From NCBI GenBank assembly GCA_030324005.1, contig JARDVH010000143.1, positions 40,161,470 to 40,225,469 of the forward strand: DNA of 64,000 nucleotides. Direction: 5' to 3'. The notes under the pieces are model-generated. The model was not told the DNA's origin. It saw only the letters and a list, made by a program, of their open reading frames with translations, and ran no database searches. Shown one piece after another: positions 1 through 13,640 of the stretch (its first letter is position 1; each line of letters opens with the position of its first letter). This stretch comes from Negaprion brevirostris (Eukaryota). The translations under genes and the position numbers were made by a program.

Positions 1-103
1 AAGCTAGTGAGTGTACTATCAAATAAATCGGTTGGACTTAAACCTGGTGTTGTCAGACTTTTTACTGTGTTTACCCCGTCCAACACCGGCACATCCACAT
101 CAT
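1..103 (+). mobile_element. Penelope-like element terminal fragment (same family as the 59652-59890 arms)
   Basis: Aligns by eye with 59788-59890 (aagct.gtgagt.tactatcaaataaat.ggttggact..cctggtgttgt.agact...ccaac.ccggc..c.ccacatcat). Family assignment is inference. Confidence 0.6.
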
Positions 104-109
104 GATTGC

Positions 110-420
110 AAAGTCAACGCAGAGGGCAGTTTAGATCCACAGTAACATGTTTGATTCTTGAGTCATTTTGGCCAGATCAGATAAGGATGACTGATTTCCT
201 TCATTAAAAGATGTAAGTGAACCTTTTGGATTTTTACAACAATGAATGATTAGTTTCCTGGTCACCATTACTGAGACTGGCTTGCAATTCCAGATTTTTA
301 TTAACATGAATTTAAATTCCACCTCCTACCATGGTGACATCTGAACCCATCTGCACAGAGCATTAGCCTGGGCCTCTGGATTATAAGTGCAGTGATACCA
401 CCATTGTGCCACCATTCCCC
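110..420 (-). mobile_element. Degenerate tRNA-derived SINE (same family as 61358-61737)
   Basis: Minus strand begins gggaatggtggcacaatggtgg (A box-like) followed by gggttcaga (B box-like); body aligns with the 61.4-61.7 kb copy. Confidence 0.65.
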
Positions 421-953
421 CTTGCCTTGATATTAAATGTCTCAATTAAATTTTTCCAGACAACTGAAGTCTCTCATTCTTAATGTAATTCTTGTAAATC
501 TTCCCTGCACCCTCTCCAATACATCCTTTGATTTAGTGTGGTACTACAAATGGAGCACAGGCCTTCCATCTGAGACCTAATCACTGATTTATGGAGGTTT
601 CAAATAACTTCCTTGCTTTTGTGCTCTGTAATCTTTTTATAATGCCATGGATCCCATATGCTTAGCAGCCTTATCAAGTTGTCTTACCACTATTATTGTA
701 TACAAATCTGCATTAGATAACATCATCCCAGGTTTTTCTCTTCCTGTATGAGTTAATTTATTGCTCACTTCCCCATTTTTCCTTCAGTTCTTGCACCTGT
801 CTTGTTTGTCCATTTCACCAACTTGTCTTGTGTGTTCCTGAAGTTTCACCTATTTTCAGTTCTTGTCACCTGAAAACTTTGATATGGTTTGTTCTGTATT
901 GGTTTTGTAGCTGAGTGAATGAGTTGAATGTGACTCAGTTATTTCCGATTGGA

Positions 954-1170
954 AATGGTAATTTTTAATAAGGTGATGCTGATAGTTATCCCCCCTTAGC
1001 CAGTGGTAAGTGGGATAACTATTTGGACATGATGTTATTTCCATTATTTCCAATCGGAAATAACCAAGCATGTAAGCACTTTTCCCAGAAAACATCTCCA
1101 AATAGTTATCCCACTTACCACTGGCTAAGGGGGGATAACTATCAGCATCACCTTATTAAAAATTACCATT
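954..1170. repeat. Perfect 74-bp inverted repeat (954-1027 / 1097-1170) with a 69-bp spacer
   Basis: Arms are exact reverse complements; the ORF track shows the same peptide (PNSYPTYHWLRGDNYQHHLIKNYH) on both strands. Confidence 0.95.
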
Positions 1171-2659
1171 CAGCTTCAGTATCAAACATTCAGTCTGTCC
1201 CTACACAAGTGANNNNNNNNNNNNNNNNNNNNNNNNNNNNNNGCATGCAATTATTGCCGTTGTCATGTGTAATTTGTGCAGATTCCCCACTCCCGGTAAT
1301 ACAGTAATTATATAAGTCACTCTTTGAAGAGAGTCCAGCATGCCAAGTGTAAAGGGAGAACAAGGCTGCTTTTGTACAGCAGCTATCGAGAACAGATTAT
1401 TCTATTGTGCATGGAAGTCTAAGGAAGGACACTTCAGTGTCATGATTCTTGGATGGGAAACCTACACTGTTCCACATGACCTTCATTGGTCGCCGGATTA
1501 GTTTATGAAATTTGGAGTATTGCAAGTTTAGGCTATGTATGCTTATTTTCACGNNNNNNNNNNNNNNNNNNNNNNNNNNNNNNNNNNNNNNNNNNNNNNN
1601 NNNNNNNNNNNNNNNNNNNNNNNNNNNNNNNNNNNNNNNNNNNNNNNNNNNNNNNNNNNNNNNNNNNNNNNNNNNNNNNNNNNNNNNNNNNNNNNNNNNN
1701 NNNNNNNNNNNNNNNNNNNNNNNNNNNNNNNNNNNNNNNNNNNNNNNNNNNNNNNNNNNNNNNNNNNNNNNNNNNNNNNNNNNNNNNNNNNNNNNNNNNN
1801 NNNNNNNNNNNNNNNNNNNNNNNNNNNNNNNNNNNNNNNNNNNNNNNNNNNNNNNNNNNNNNNNNNNNNNNNNNNNNNNNNNNNNNNNNNNNNNNNNNNN
1901 NNNNNNNNNNNNNNNNNNNNNNNNNNNNNNNNNNNNNNNNNNNNNNNNNNNNNNNNNNNNNNNNNNNNNNNNNNNNNNNNNNNNNNNNNNNNNNNNNNCC
2001 ACCTTGAAAAAAAGAGTTTGATGTATTATGATTTTTAAGTTCTGATGCACTCGACATACTAAAGTTTATATGGAAGAGTTGAATCGTGTAATTGCATTCT
2101 TGTTGTAAGAAAGCTCAGCACTTGTCACAAGTTCACATTCAGGCAGATGAGAGATTCCAGTCCTGTTGCTGGGTTTGAGTTGTGTTTTCTCAGTTGTCAA
2201 GCTGCTTCAACTGTTCTTCAGTATTTCATACTGCCAAATCATTGTTTTTTTTCTGAATGTTACAGCCACATGTTGTGGTATTAATATATAAATTTAATGA
2301 ACACACAATTGGATGATTATAGTACTGTGAAGAATCAGGGATTAACTTGTAAATGAATAGCCTCCTTGGGAGTCATCAGTAGATTAATTGTGTTTTATTT
2401 GTGTTGAACTCCCGTCTCCTTGTTCATTGTGATATCATAACATATTGTAGAGACATCTGTTTTCCCACAGGTTGTGAAAGATAAGGTGTTCAACTTACAA
2501 AAACTTGATGGAGCTAAAACTTTTAGCCACAAGCTTGTATACTGTGTATATGCCAGTCATTATTGGCAAAGTTTTTATTAGAGCCAGAATCTTATTAAAG
2601 AAAAGTGACTGAATACCTTGAAAATTTTCAATTGATCAGAGAAACCCAGCGTGTAGGTT

Positions 2660-3725
2660 ATGCCTGATGACCCTGATTGGATTTTTTGAGAAGGTGAATG
2701 ATTTTTATATGGATTTACTGAAGACATTTGAACAATTTCCTCATAAAAGGTTGTTAGATCAAATAGAAGTTCATTATTGAAGGTAAATTATTACCTAGTT
2801 AGGGAATTGACAGGATGTACCTAGTGGGACTCTCAAAGATCTGTGTTGCAGCCTCAAACGTTCACTTGTTAATGAGTTGGCTGATGAAATAGAGAAACGC
2901 ACATCCACATTTGCCAATGATACAGTGGATCGCATTGTAGGCAATACAGATGGAAACTTAATCTTTCGACACTACTTTGTAATTTTGTATGGCGAAAACT
3001 GTGGCAAGTGGATTTAGGAAATATCAGGTCATCCACTTTGCACCCAAGAATAATAGTCCTTTCTAAATGGTGACGAGCTTGAAAACAGTGGAATTCCAAA
3101 GAGACTTTGAGATGCAGAAATGTGGATCAGTAAAACATCATTTACAAGTCGAGAAAATAGTCAAAACTGTTGAAATGCTGAACTTAAAATTGCTAAAATT
3201 AGAACACTAGAATATATATGGAGACAGAAGTTAGTTATATAAAAACATGATTAGATGACCCCACCACCACCACCCTGCCCCCACCCCCAGAACACTTTTA
3301 GCAGTTTTGGGCACCACACCTTAGTGGGACATATTGGCATTGGCGTCAATGTGGTGTACATTTACCAGAACTTACTGGATCCAAGGATACAATTATGAGG
3401 TGAGATCTCAATTTAGGAATGTATTCCTGGAATTTAGAAGGTTTCTTGGTGAACAGTAGATGGAGCAACAATATTTCCTTTGGTTGCGGAGTGAGAAAAT
3501 TTAAAAATTAGAGTCAGACCTTTCAAGAGTGAAATTGAGACATTTCTATGCACAAAGAGTAGAAGTTTGGAACACTCTTCCAGAAATGGCAATCAATATT
3601 AGATAAATTGTAAACTTTAAAACTCATGTTGATAGACTTTAATGAAAGGTTTTAATGGGTACACAAAGATGGTTATATGGAGTTGGGTCGCAAATTAGAT
3701 GTGAAATGGGGGGGATCAGACTTGA
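2660..3725 (+). mobile_element. Highly decayed CR1-type LINE 3' portion (RT remnant)
   Basis: Remnants resembling YMDF.K.FD, QGSVL.P and cagttttgggcaccacacctta (QFWAPHL), with many stops and frameshifts. Confidence 0.65.
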
Positions 3726-6700
3726 GATTCTCGGCTAAATGTTAAGGGAATTAATTTTATTTTTTTTCATTGACCCATTAAAAATACTTCTTTGTATTTT
3801 TGTTCCATATAAACATGAACAATTTTTCTAGGTTCCCTTTCCTGAATCTGCTTAGCAGATCAGCCCCACCAGTTCTTCACCCAATTTTGCCTATTTTTGA
3901 TGTGAATCTGGGTAGTGTCTGTCAGCAACTTTGCAGGTTGCCACAGTCAAGCCTAATATTAGCCACAACTAATGTCCACAGTATATAAATATATGCATAT
4001 CTTGAAGCAAGAATGCTCTAGCTGCTTTTATTTTCATTCACATAACACAGGGGTGATGAAACTTGATTACGTTACACCTATGTCGCGATCAGCTGACATA
4101 AGACCAGAGTGGCTAAGGCTGTTTCTTAATTTTTGAAAAATTCTGTGTTTGCAAAGTTGTTCAACTGAGTTCCATTGGCATTCATTTCAGAAAGCTGTTG
4201 TGAAGTGGTGACAGGTTCTCTGGTAATCCTCAAGTTAGAACGGGAATCCCAGGGGATTGTAGCAGAATGTTGCATGAGTGAGTAATTTCCAAGAATGCCC
4301 AAAAAGTCCTTGTTCTGCACTGAAGGGATTTCCCCAGGCTATTCCCCACTTCACATCAACTGCTTGAAATACAGCTTCATAGAATTGCACGCAGTCTTGT
4401 AAATGCATAAGTCATTATCCCAAGTTTTGGGAGAGACCTTGGTAAACACCTGCCAAACCAATATAAACTTCACTGTAAATGGAAGAAGTGCCTTTCTCAG
4501 CCAACAGGTTAAACTTTACAAACTGTGAGCTGGTGCATATAAACTGCCTTTCAATTCTTTGACATTTTGTTACACTCCCAGTTTAGGTNNNNNNNNNNAG
4601 GTAAAAATATTAATGTTATGGTAATTAATAAGGATGCACAGTGATTTAATTGCAAGTTGTTCATGCAATTAATGGAGGAAAAGCTGTTAATAATTGAATG
4701 GAAACATTATTAACCCATCTTAATGAAGGAAATTCCTAAGTATTAGAAATTGCCTGATCATCAGGTATCTACTGGAAGGAATGTACTGCAGTGGCGAGGT
4801 TGTGCATGTATGTCTTTCTTACAACGTTTTCCATATTGTAAGCCTCGAAGAGAGNNNNNNNNNNTGGGTCTTGTCTGATTGTGGAAGTATAGTTCAGTGC
4901 ATTCTTCTCATAACAAGAGGCAGCTTAACAGTAGAAGCCTACACTCGCCTTCATTGATGCCCTCCCCCACTCAGCCTTGCTTTCAGAAGGCAAAGGCAGA
5001 AGCCGCAAAAATACGCGGATTGATCACTTAACTTGTAAAAGCGTGTCTGTATGAATAAATGCTGAATTGAAATCCAAGCTTGCCCCTCATCAGAGTGATG
5101 GTAAAGATGATCAGTATTGCATTGCGAGTCCTGAGGCAAGCAAACACGGAGCTTGCTGATCAACCAGTAACACCATTGCCATGCAGGACAGGATGAGCCA
5201 GTCCAGTGCAGGAGCAACAATTCCACGATCAACAAAATGCATATGCTGCCATTCAGTATGTTTGAGTCTCAGTTTCAAAAATAAAAGTTAATTTCTGTAC
5301 TTCCACTCTTAAAATCAAAGAAGTTATTGCTGTAAATTCACATCAGTGGAGTGCCCAATGAGTCCAAGTCTGGCAAGATTTTGTCCTTTTTCCCAGAGAC
5401 TTTCTGAAGGCCAGTCTTGAGTGATGGTGGTTAGAATTATCAGCATGTGACCAACTGCAGCCATCATGTGCAACCAGCAATGGTCCATTTTTAAAACAGA
5501 ATATTGAAGAGGGACAGTTTTTTAAGATTTTCTTGCTTCATTTCTTGGCATGGCAGTTTAGATGTTACTAGTTTTTGGTGAGTCTGAAAGAGCACAATCA
5601 GAGTCTGATTTTGCTGCTGAAAGTAATCAGCCTCCAATTAGATGACCAATGCATTGACCTGGTCTTGTTGCCTTTGGGAATAAGGACACTGTGGTTCAGG
5701 GAGCTACCATTCAAAGCAGTGAAAACAATTTTTCAGTAACTGAAAAACCTTTTGCAAAAATAATGTGCAGTAAATGTATTGGTGAAGTTTTATACACACA
5801 CATTTTGTAGGCATTCTTTTGTTGCCTCAATAACCCTTTGGGTTTGAACTTGTATTTTAGTTGTAATGTTGCTACATTTCTTGTTAGAAGTGTCACAGGT
5901 GGCAGTATAATAGTTGGGAGTTACAAATTTCACATTGCTTGAATTTGAATTTGCCTGCAGTATAGCCATGTGATAGCATAGTTAGGGATTCCCTTGGGCT
6001 TCTCAACCATTTTCCAAATGTTACTTAGATATTATGAGGAGGTGAATTTTCCAGCTAGTAGCCTTTGCATTTAAAAATTAAACACTTGATGTTATTGCAT
6101 ATGTAATGTTCTCTCCTGACCAGAAGAAATTGCTGGCATTATCTGACTGGCACCAATGCTATAGCTCCACTGGAATTAACACTAAAAGAGAATTACGGTT
6201 TCTATTCAAAGAAATGCACAACACGTATAAACAGATAACCTGCAGACATCTTGAATTCAGTGCTGCTGTGAATATTTATTTGTGGTGTTTTGAAGAACAG
6301 ACTTTGGCTCCTGCTGTTCATCATTACACTGAATTTAAGCAAACTTTTGAACATTTACTCATATCTGAGCGAAGGTTAAAAGTTTATATAACTAATATAT
6401 TCAAGCTAGATTGAAGTGATTGATTCTCAAGTAGGTAGTCTCAAGTTTAGAATACATAATAGATTTAAGTAAAACATAAGTGGATATACATAAAACTTCA
6501 AACCAGCTGTACTGAGCATTTTAAGACTCATAGTACGAAGAGGAATTTCTTCTCCAGCTCTATNNNNNNNNNNGTTGCTTTGGGAGTAATCTAAAGCAGT
6601 GAATCCAAGAGTTATATTGCAATTCAATCTATCAATTTTCATTTTTCTAATTCCTTTCCGTTGTAAACTCTGAACTAGATTATGCACGTGCTTTGTTTGT

Positions 6701-7494
6701 TTGCCAAGGTAATCACTATTCATCTGTGAACTTCTACTGGAAGTGTTGCCAAGCTGTTTGGCCATGTGATGGAACACTATCTTCTTTCTGCTCCCTCCTT
6801 TGCTTCTCTTCCAAACCTTTAGAATGGATATTTGGAAATATTGCAGCATTTTTACTAGTCCTGTCAGCAAATTTAGCAGACACCAATGGTGAAATCAAGA
6901 CCTCATTGCTCTTAGTGATTCAGCTGCTTACTAGGTATGTTGCTGAACTTCTTGGTTGTTTCATTATACAATAGTAAATCTTTTGGCTTTATTGGTTTTA
7001 TAGAAATAATATAATACCAAAAAACAAATTTGGCCTATTCAGCAATATCCAAAGAAAACACTGTCCCAGATCCTAAAATGGGTTGTAGTTTTTGAGCTCT
7101 GGAGCAGTGTACCTGGGAACTACCCTAAAATTGTGCTGGGGACCACCTCCACCAACCTCAGAAGTTCCCAAGTAAAGTTTGTACAGCAGTTGCCTGGGAA
7201 ATACAAACTTCCTTTGGGTAACTGCTCTGCACCACTCAAAAATATCACTTAAATTGCAAATTTCAGATAGTTCTGACTGTGTTACATCAAGGTAGAAGGA
7301 TTAAAGCCATTTCTAACTTCTGGATAGCTATTGTACAGACTAGCCCTCCGTCCTCCGTCCTCCGATCACCAGGAGACAATCCTTTCCTTTCATCCCTTCC
7401 CTGGAAAAGAGAGTTTATTTTCTTCGTATTTTTTAGGAACATAATTGAATCTTGATTAGCAAAAAGGATTCTGTATGACCAACCTGAGAAGTCA

Positions 7495-7662
7495 AATGAT
7501 GTGCAGGTTAAGTTGATTGACTCTGCTAAATTGGCCCTTAGTGTCAGGGGATCAACAGGATCAATATGTGGGGTTACAGGAATAAGGCCTGGCTGGGATT
7601 GTGATCGGTGGAGACTTGATTTACCGAATGGCCTCCTTCTGTACTGTAGAGATTCTATGAAT
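7495..7662 (+). mobile_element. 5'-truncated HE1-like SINE
   Basis: gatgtgcaggttaag...aaattggcccttagtgtc...gaatggcctccttctgtactgtagagattctatga matches the 3' half of the copies at 22966 and 52936. Confidence 0.65.
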
Positions 7663-7831
7663 TCTTAAAGAGATGATGGAAGGAGTTGATGAGGATAATG
7701 TAGTAAGTATCTCATATGGACTTTTCAAAAGGCTTTTAAGGTATCACAGGGTAGACTCATGATTAAGATGGAGTGGGGACAAATAACTGGGTGGTTAACT
7801 GGCCAGAAAATTAGAAAGCAAAGAGGAGGGA

Positions 7832-7906
7832 TAAGAACATAAGAAATAGGAGCAGGAGTAGGCCATCTAGCCCTTCGAGCCTGCCCCGCCATTCAATAAG
7901 ATCATG
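7832..7906 (-). mobile_element. Young CR1/L2-type LINE 3' tail abutting a gap
   Basis: Near-identical to copies at 15883, 20197, 27814, 29856 and 43040; ends in (ttcttatg)n-type repeat. Confidence 0.8.
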
Positions 7907-9617
7907 NNNNNNNNNNNNNNNNNNNNNNNNNNNNNNNNNNNNNNNNNNNNNNNNNNNNNNNNNNNNNNNNNNNNNNNNNNNNNNNNNNNNNNNNNNNNNN
8001 NNNNNNTCTGTTTTAATTAGCGTTTAACATTAACTGCTTTACTAGCAGAAAATGAGCAATTTGATTGTTGATGCCTTAGAGAAAAATAGATTCGCTCTGA
8101 TTTTGCTTTTTAAAATTTAACATTGAGAACGTCTCTGAAATGTAACTGTTTTGTTTTTAAAAAAAAAGTGACTCCCAGAGGCAGTAGTAGACAGACGACC
8201 AGAATTTGCTGAAAAAAATAAAAATAATGCTGTTACAATTCTCCTGGCATTAAAAATCACAAACGGCATCTTGCCTTTGACCTCTTTCTGATTATCCTGA
8301 AGTTGCTGCATTTNNNNNNNNNNATTTTCATGTTAATTGCCCATTAAATTTGCTGCTGGAAGTCAAGTTTAATAATCCACAGCTGAAGTACCCTTTTAAT
8401 GAGATGATAATTGTTAATGACTGGCAATTAATCTCTCAAAATGAAAATATCTGCATGGTCTTATTCCTTCATGCTGAATTATTGGAGATCTTAATGTCAT
8501 TTTATTTTTAATTTAGTCTTAATTTTTCTTTGTCTTTTCCTTCTATAATGGTTTGTCATGGAAATCATCAGTGCTAATTTACCATCTTTGTCAGACCTTC
8601 CTGTTTGTTTCTCATCCGCTAGTGACCATGGGTAAGGGTGAGGAGATTCGCTGTTACATTTCCTGCCAAAGTCCCAGGTGCCTGTTGCCTTTGCTTATTC
8701 ATTATCAGATTGCCCTTCCAGTAACTGCGGGCAACTTGTTTGTGCAAGTTTTGGTTCTAATAGTGCATATCATGAGATGCCCTCATCCAGCAAAATCTGG
8801 GCTATAATTTTAAGGTTTAATACTTGGACCGTATATGGCTGCATTCTTTGGTATTTTCTGGCCCTTCCTTTGCTTTGTAACTGGCCCTGTTCCCCTACTC
8901 TGTCACAAACCTCTGCTCCCGTGTGCCGTAGCTAATCATCTTACCCCTTGCCCATCCCAATCTGTCTTTAACCCTCCCCTCCCCACCGCTTCCCAGAATT
9001 AATGTTCTTTTCCCCTGCTCTGTTAGAAAGCCACCTCCTCCACCTGATAACAAACTATCCCTCCCTGCTTTGTAGCTCATCTCCTCTCCTCCTGTTCACA
9101 TTCAGACTTTGGCACTCTCCGATCCATGCCAACTTGTCAAAATGTGATATCTGGATATGGGCAACTTTTTTTGCACCTTTCCCCATTATCTTAGTACAAA
9201 TAATTTTTGATCTGCTCAGTAAATCATAACCCTAATCAATTTGAATCAGAACATGGGTAGCTATAACCTTCAATACTGGTGCACAATTAAACGGAGAAGT
9301 TTACCAAGTTTAGAAATTGATTTCCAGTATTATTCAGAATATATATATATTTGAAGGAAATGTGATGTATTGTGAGTAGTTAGCAAAGCATGTGCTTTGT
9401 AAATAAAATGATCCAAATCTTACAATTCGAGTCGTGTCAATAGTTGAGCTGAAGTAGGGATTGATGTTATTGATGGTTGGGAGCAAGCAGAGGGATTGCT
9501 GGGAGCTGTTATCAAAAGTAAATTAAATTTTACAAATTGCAAAGAATCAAGAAAAATTTAACTATAATTGAACTGAAGGTAGACCTAGAGGGCTGCGCCT
9601 TCAACTTGTCACATTAG

Positions 9618-9775
9618 GTGTGGTGCTGGCATAGTGGTATTGTCGCTGGACTAGTCACCCAGAGACCAGGGCATTCTCTGGAGACCCAAGTTCAATAAAT
9701 AATCTGGAATTAAAAGTCAAATGAAACCATTGTCGATGGTCATAAAAACCCATCTGGTTCACTTTGAGGAAAATA
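9618..9775 (+). mobile_element. tRNA-derived SINE 5' fragment (61358-61737 family)
   Basis: ggcatagtggtattgtcgctggactagt...cagagaccagg...atctggaattaaaagt...aaaacccatctggttcact. Confidence 0.65.
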
Positions 9776-11189
9776 AACTTGCATGGCGACTAGATTGCTG
9801 GATATCCATTGAGCAGCATCTTGATGGGCTGAATGGCCTGTGTGCTGTTATGACAACTCAATATATTGAGGTTGTAGAATCAGTTAGTAATGAGTCCAGT
9901 TCTCTTGAATTTTTATCATAAAGTGAACAAAAAGTGCTTGTGTATGCAAAGGTCTCTCTAGTTCAGGCCAAGCCCCTCCATGCAGCCCCAGTTTTCAAAA
10001 CACTGGTCAACAGGCTCTTTTCCATGAAAGATTTGTTTTGGAGTTTGCTTCTTCAATCACAGGCCATTCCTGTCTCTTTTGTTTCTGATAGGCTCACAAA
10101 TCCACCTATCAGCAGCAGATGAACAGAAACAGTCTGATTGGAGGAGCAGCAAACAGTGGCACTGATGAGTGTGCTGAGGGCTTCTGGGCCGAAGGAAGCA
10201 AAATGGGAGTAGAATGGAGTAAGGGGGGTGCTTGTTGAGTCTGCCTTACACGCTGTCCCAGACTACTTTCTTGCTCTTACCATCATATACCAACACGTGC
10301 ACACACAACCACTCACTGATCCACATATGCTGACACTCTGGTTATTTNNNNNNNNNNNNNNNNNNNNNNNNNNNNNNNNNNNNNNNNNNNNNNNNNNNNN
10401 NNNNNNNNNNNNNNNNNNNNNNNNNNNNNNNNNNNNNNNNNNNNNNNCTGACACTCTGGTTATTTTTATTACTATTTTATATCTTTGTTGTTTATTTATG
10501 ACATTGCTGTACTTTTGTTTAGCAATTGCTTCTTTTGCTAGATCCTCAACTTTTTTGAATTGCAGTTTATTGTTATGCTATACCTTTTTGAAATTAGCTA
10601 ATCAGCCCCTGAGAGATGTGCAAATTTCTCTTTTCCACCACCCCCCTTCTCCTGAGCGAAAATGTTAAGTGTTGGACAGACCTGTTGTCGGTAGATCACT
10701 GTAGAAAACGGCACCATTGCCCCCAGTCCAATGCTGGCATCTCCATATTGCAGGTAGATCTCTCAGCAATTGTTGATCTTAATCCAGTGAATTACTGACC
10801 AATCTTTGAACAACCTCGTAAATGGCTTCTTTCAGTGAAGATTATTTAGCTTTCTTAGCAAAAAATCCATGAACCCATTCTGAGCAAGCATTTAGATATT
10901 TTCAATCCAATTTTAGTGGATCCTGGAAATAACTTAAAGTCGTGAATATAAATAAGTTTACTCCTTTCTGGTAGAAATGCAAATCAATATATGGGAGTAA
11001 ATATGGAGATTTTCACAGTAACTTCATTGCAATGTTTATGTAAGCTACTTGTGACTAATAATAAACTTTAAATTGCTCCCTTGTAACAGACTATAAGCTT
11101 TCAGTTTGTTTCAGAAGCTTAGGAACTTCTGAGTTAGAGTTCTTCACTGATTTTATGGAGCCCATGCCTTGGACATCCTAGCAACATGA

Positions 11190-11291
11190 CACAAAAAAGA
11201 AAATTCTGGAAAATCTCAGCATGTCTAGCAGCATCTGTAAGGAGAGAAAAGAGTTGATGTTTTAAGTCCAGTCGACTCTTTGTCAAAGCTC
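11190..11291 (-). mobile_element. Decayed Penelope-like tail (34.9 kb family), hammerhead core degenerate
   Basis: ctggaaaatctcagcatgtctagcagcatctgta aligns with 34889-34922; on the minus strand the core reads TTGACAA...AAAA. Confidence 0.55.
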
Positions 11292-12084
11292 CGAGCAACA
11301 TGATAGTTTGGTTAGAGTAAATGTTGTTGAAATAAAACAAATTGTATTATGGCACTTGTCCTTTCAGAAATTGCCTGATGGAAAGCTTCATGCCTTTGTT
11401 TTGTAAGGAGTCGCTGTTGCAGCACTGCTGTGATCTAAGCTGTCTCTTGCCACTCTGAACATGAAGCACTGAAATTGAGAGAGTAACATTTTTATAATTT
11501 TGACATTAAGATGGAGAACAAAGTTGATAAAATGGTGCTAATCTAATAAATTGGAGGACACCAGAACCGCTGACCATGAAAGCTTAGATTGTTGTAGAAA
11601 CCCTCCAGGTTCACTATCCTTTAGGGAAGAGACCTACCACTATTTGCTTTGGCTTGTACGACTGCAGTCCTACCACATGTTATGGTCGGCTGTTAATGCA
11701 TCGGGCATCAAAGGAGGCACAGTAAATACTGCCTTGCCAGTGACACCAACCTAAACAAGTTAAATTAAACAAAGTTTGAGGCTTTTGTCTGGCAACCAGT
11801 TAGTACTGCTTGTGTAATTTTTAACCATGTAAACATCCTGTTTAATCCCAGATATACTGTTGTAATGTATACTTAGATGGATTTTCATGGGAGTTACTGT
11901 TGATCCAATTAACAAACTAGATACAGTTTCATCCACAGCATTGGTCTTTTAAGATTGGCTACAAGCACCTTAATAACTAGGTGATCTGAGGACATATCTA
12001 CCACTTGTTAATTGGGGTTGGTATTTGATTGTAGGTAGTTAAGCTTGTTTTGAACTATATACTCTTACACTACATTGATACAAG

Positions 12085-12405
12085 ACACTGTCTCAGAAGT
12101 GTAAAGGTGCCATCTTTCAAACGAACACAAAGCCAAATTCCTATCTGTTCTTTTTGGGCAGATGTAAAAAAAATCCTGTTGCACTATTTGAAGAAGGGAG
12201 AGGGTTAGGTAAAGAGGTATGATGTTCTCATGATATCCTTATCGACATTATTCCTATTTCGAAGTCGCTAAAATTGATCTGATAACTCATCTCACTGTGT
12301 GCAGATTGGCACCAGGTTTTTTTCGCATTATAGTAGTCACTGTCATTAGCTATGAAATGCTTCGGGGTGCCCTGAATTTAAAAGGTGCTATATAAATGTA
12401 AACAT
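12085..12405 (+). mobile_element. Old Deu-type SINE body and tail (SacSINE1/AmnSINE1-like)
   Basis: ggtgccatctttc...cagatgtaaaa...gcactatttgaagaag...aaaggtgctatataaatgtaa tail; similar to 31330 and 58285. Confidence 0.55.
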
Positions 12406-12655
12406 ATCCTTTATATGGACAAGATCACAGTATTTATTTAAGTTCCTCCAAGTCTAAAATTGATATTTTCCCCCACAATAACAAAAATTAAGCTTTGAAA
12501 CCAAATGTTTAAAGTGTCACTTGAGGTATCACACAAGGGCATAATAAAGGAGTTTAAATTTTCACTGATTCAACTTTCTGACTGAGAACATAAACTTGAT
12601 CATTTTCACTGGGATTTACTTCTGTTAAATTCACCCAGGTTTTTTTGCTTTGCAG

Positions 12656-12772
12656 ATATCAATTTTTAGAAGAAGCATTTCAAAACCAAAAAGTTATTAT
12701 TGAGACTTTAATGGCCAAGCTTCAAGAAAAGAAGAATTACGTGCAGTATGCAGCCAGTCAAGTACAGAACAG
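12656..12772 (+). CDS. TRIM33: TRIM33 coding exon (start of coiled-coil): (R)[39 protein letters not shown]
   Basis: tttgcag acceptor and AG|gtatgt donor, 117 nt. Closely matches the human TRIM33 segment [40 protein letters not shown] (recalled, not searched). Confidence 0.95.
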
Positions 12773-13019
12773 GTATGTTTACCTTACTAAATGGAGCATA
12801 GCCATGTGGTGGTACCCTCATTTTTATTTCAATTTTCACATCAGGGATTTGATGTTTTTAGAATGTTTAACAATTTGAAAGGGCACGCAAATTACTGTCC
12901 CCTATAACTTGTTGTTATCCACACTTGGATAGTGATTTGCTTCTTAAAACTGTTCCTTTTGCAAAAAAAAGTTTTGCTACGAGGTTGCTAGTGCTGAAAT
13001 TTACTGGATAAATCTCCCA

Positions 13020-13640
13020 AGAATGCAGCATAGGAACAGCAGTAGACCACATGGCCATCAAGACTGCTCTGTAATTCAGTATGATCTTGGGTTTCAACTG
13101 CCTGCTCCCCATTGTCCTTAGCTTTGAGAGATCAAAAATCAATCTATTCCAGTTTTGAATGTATTCAATAATGAAGTATCTACAACACTCTCGGGCAGAT
13201 AATTCCAAAGATTTGCAATCCTTTCCACAAAGTAATTTCTTGTCCCTTCAGTCCTAAATGATTGGTTTCTTTCCTGAGATTGTGCTCCTGTTTTAGATTT
13301 CCCTACCATCAGAAACAGCGACTCATTCACCCTATCAAAACCCTTCAGAATTTTGTGTTTTGGTTAAATCATCTCTTGCTTATAACCTCCATAGGCCCAA
13401 TTTATGAAATCTGTCATAATAGAATAATGCCCTAATCCCAAGGACCAGTTCAGTAAACTTTCACTGCACCATCTCCAATGTAAGCTTATTATTTCTTGTA
13501 TGTGGATCCCAAAATGGCTCCAAATATGGTTTCATCAAAACCCTGTACAATTGTAACAGTACTTTTTTATTCCTGTCGTCCAATTCCCCCTTGCAATAAA
13601 AACTAATCGCTAATTGTCTTCCTAATTGGTTACTCTCCTA
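13020..13640 (-). mobile_element. Decayed CR1-type LINE 3' end
   Basis: Minus-strand remnant RNYFVERIANLWNYLPESVVD..SLLNTFK (CR1 ORF2 C-terminus) plus 3' UTR. Confidence 0.75.

Noticed and set aside
1397-2057. Long ORFs of 167-217 aa (likewise 21207-22329 and 54303-54857)
   Set aside because: They exist only because N runs contain no stop codons.
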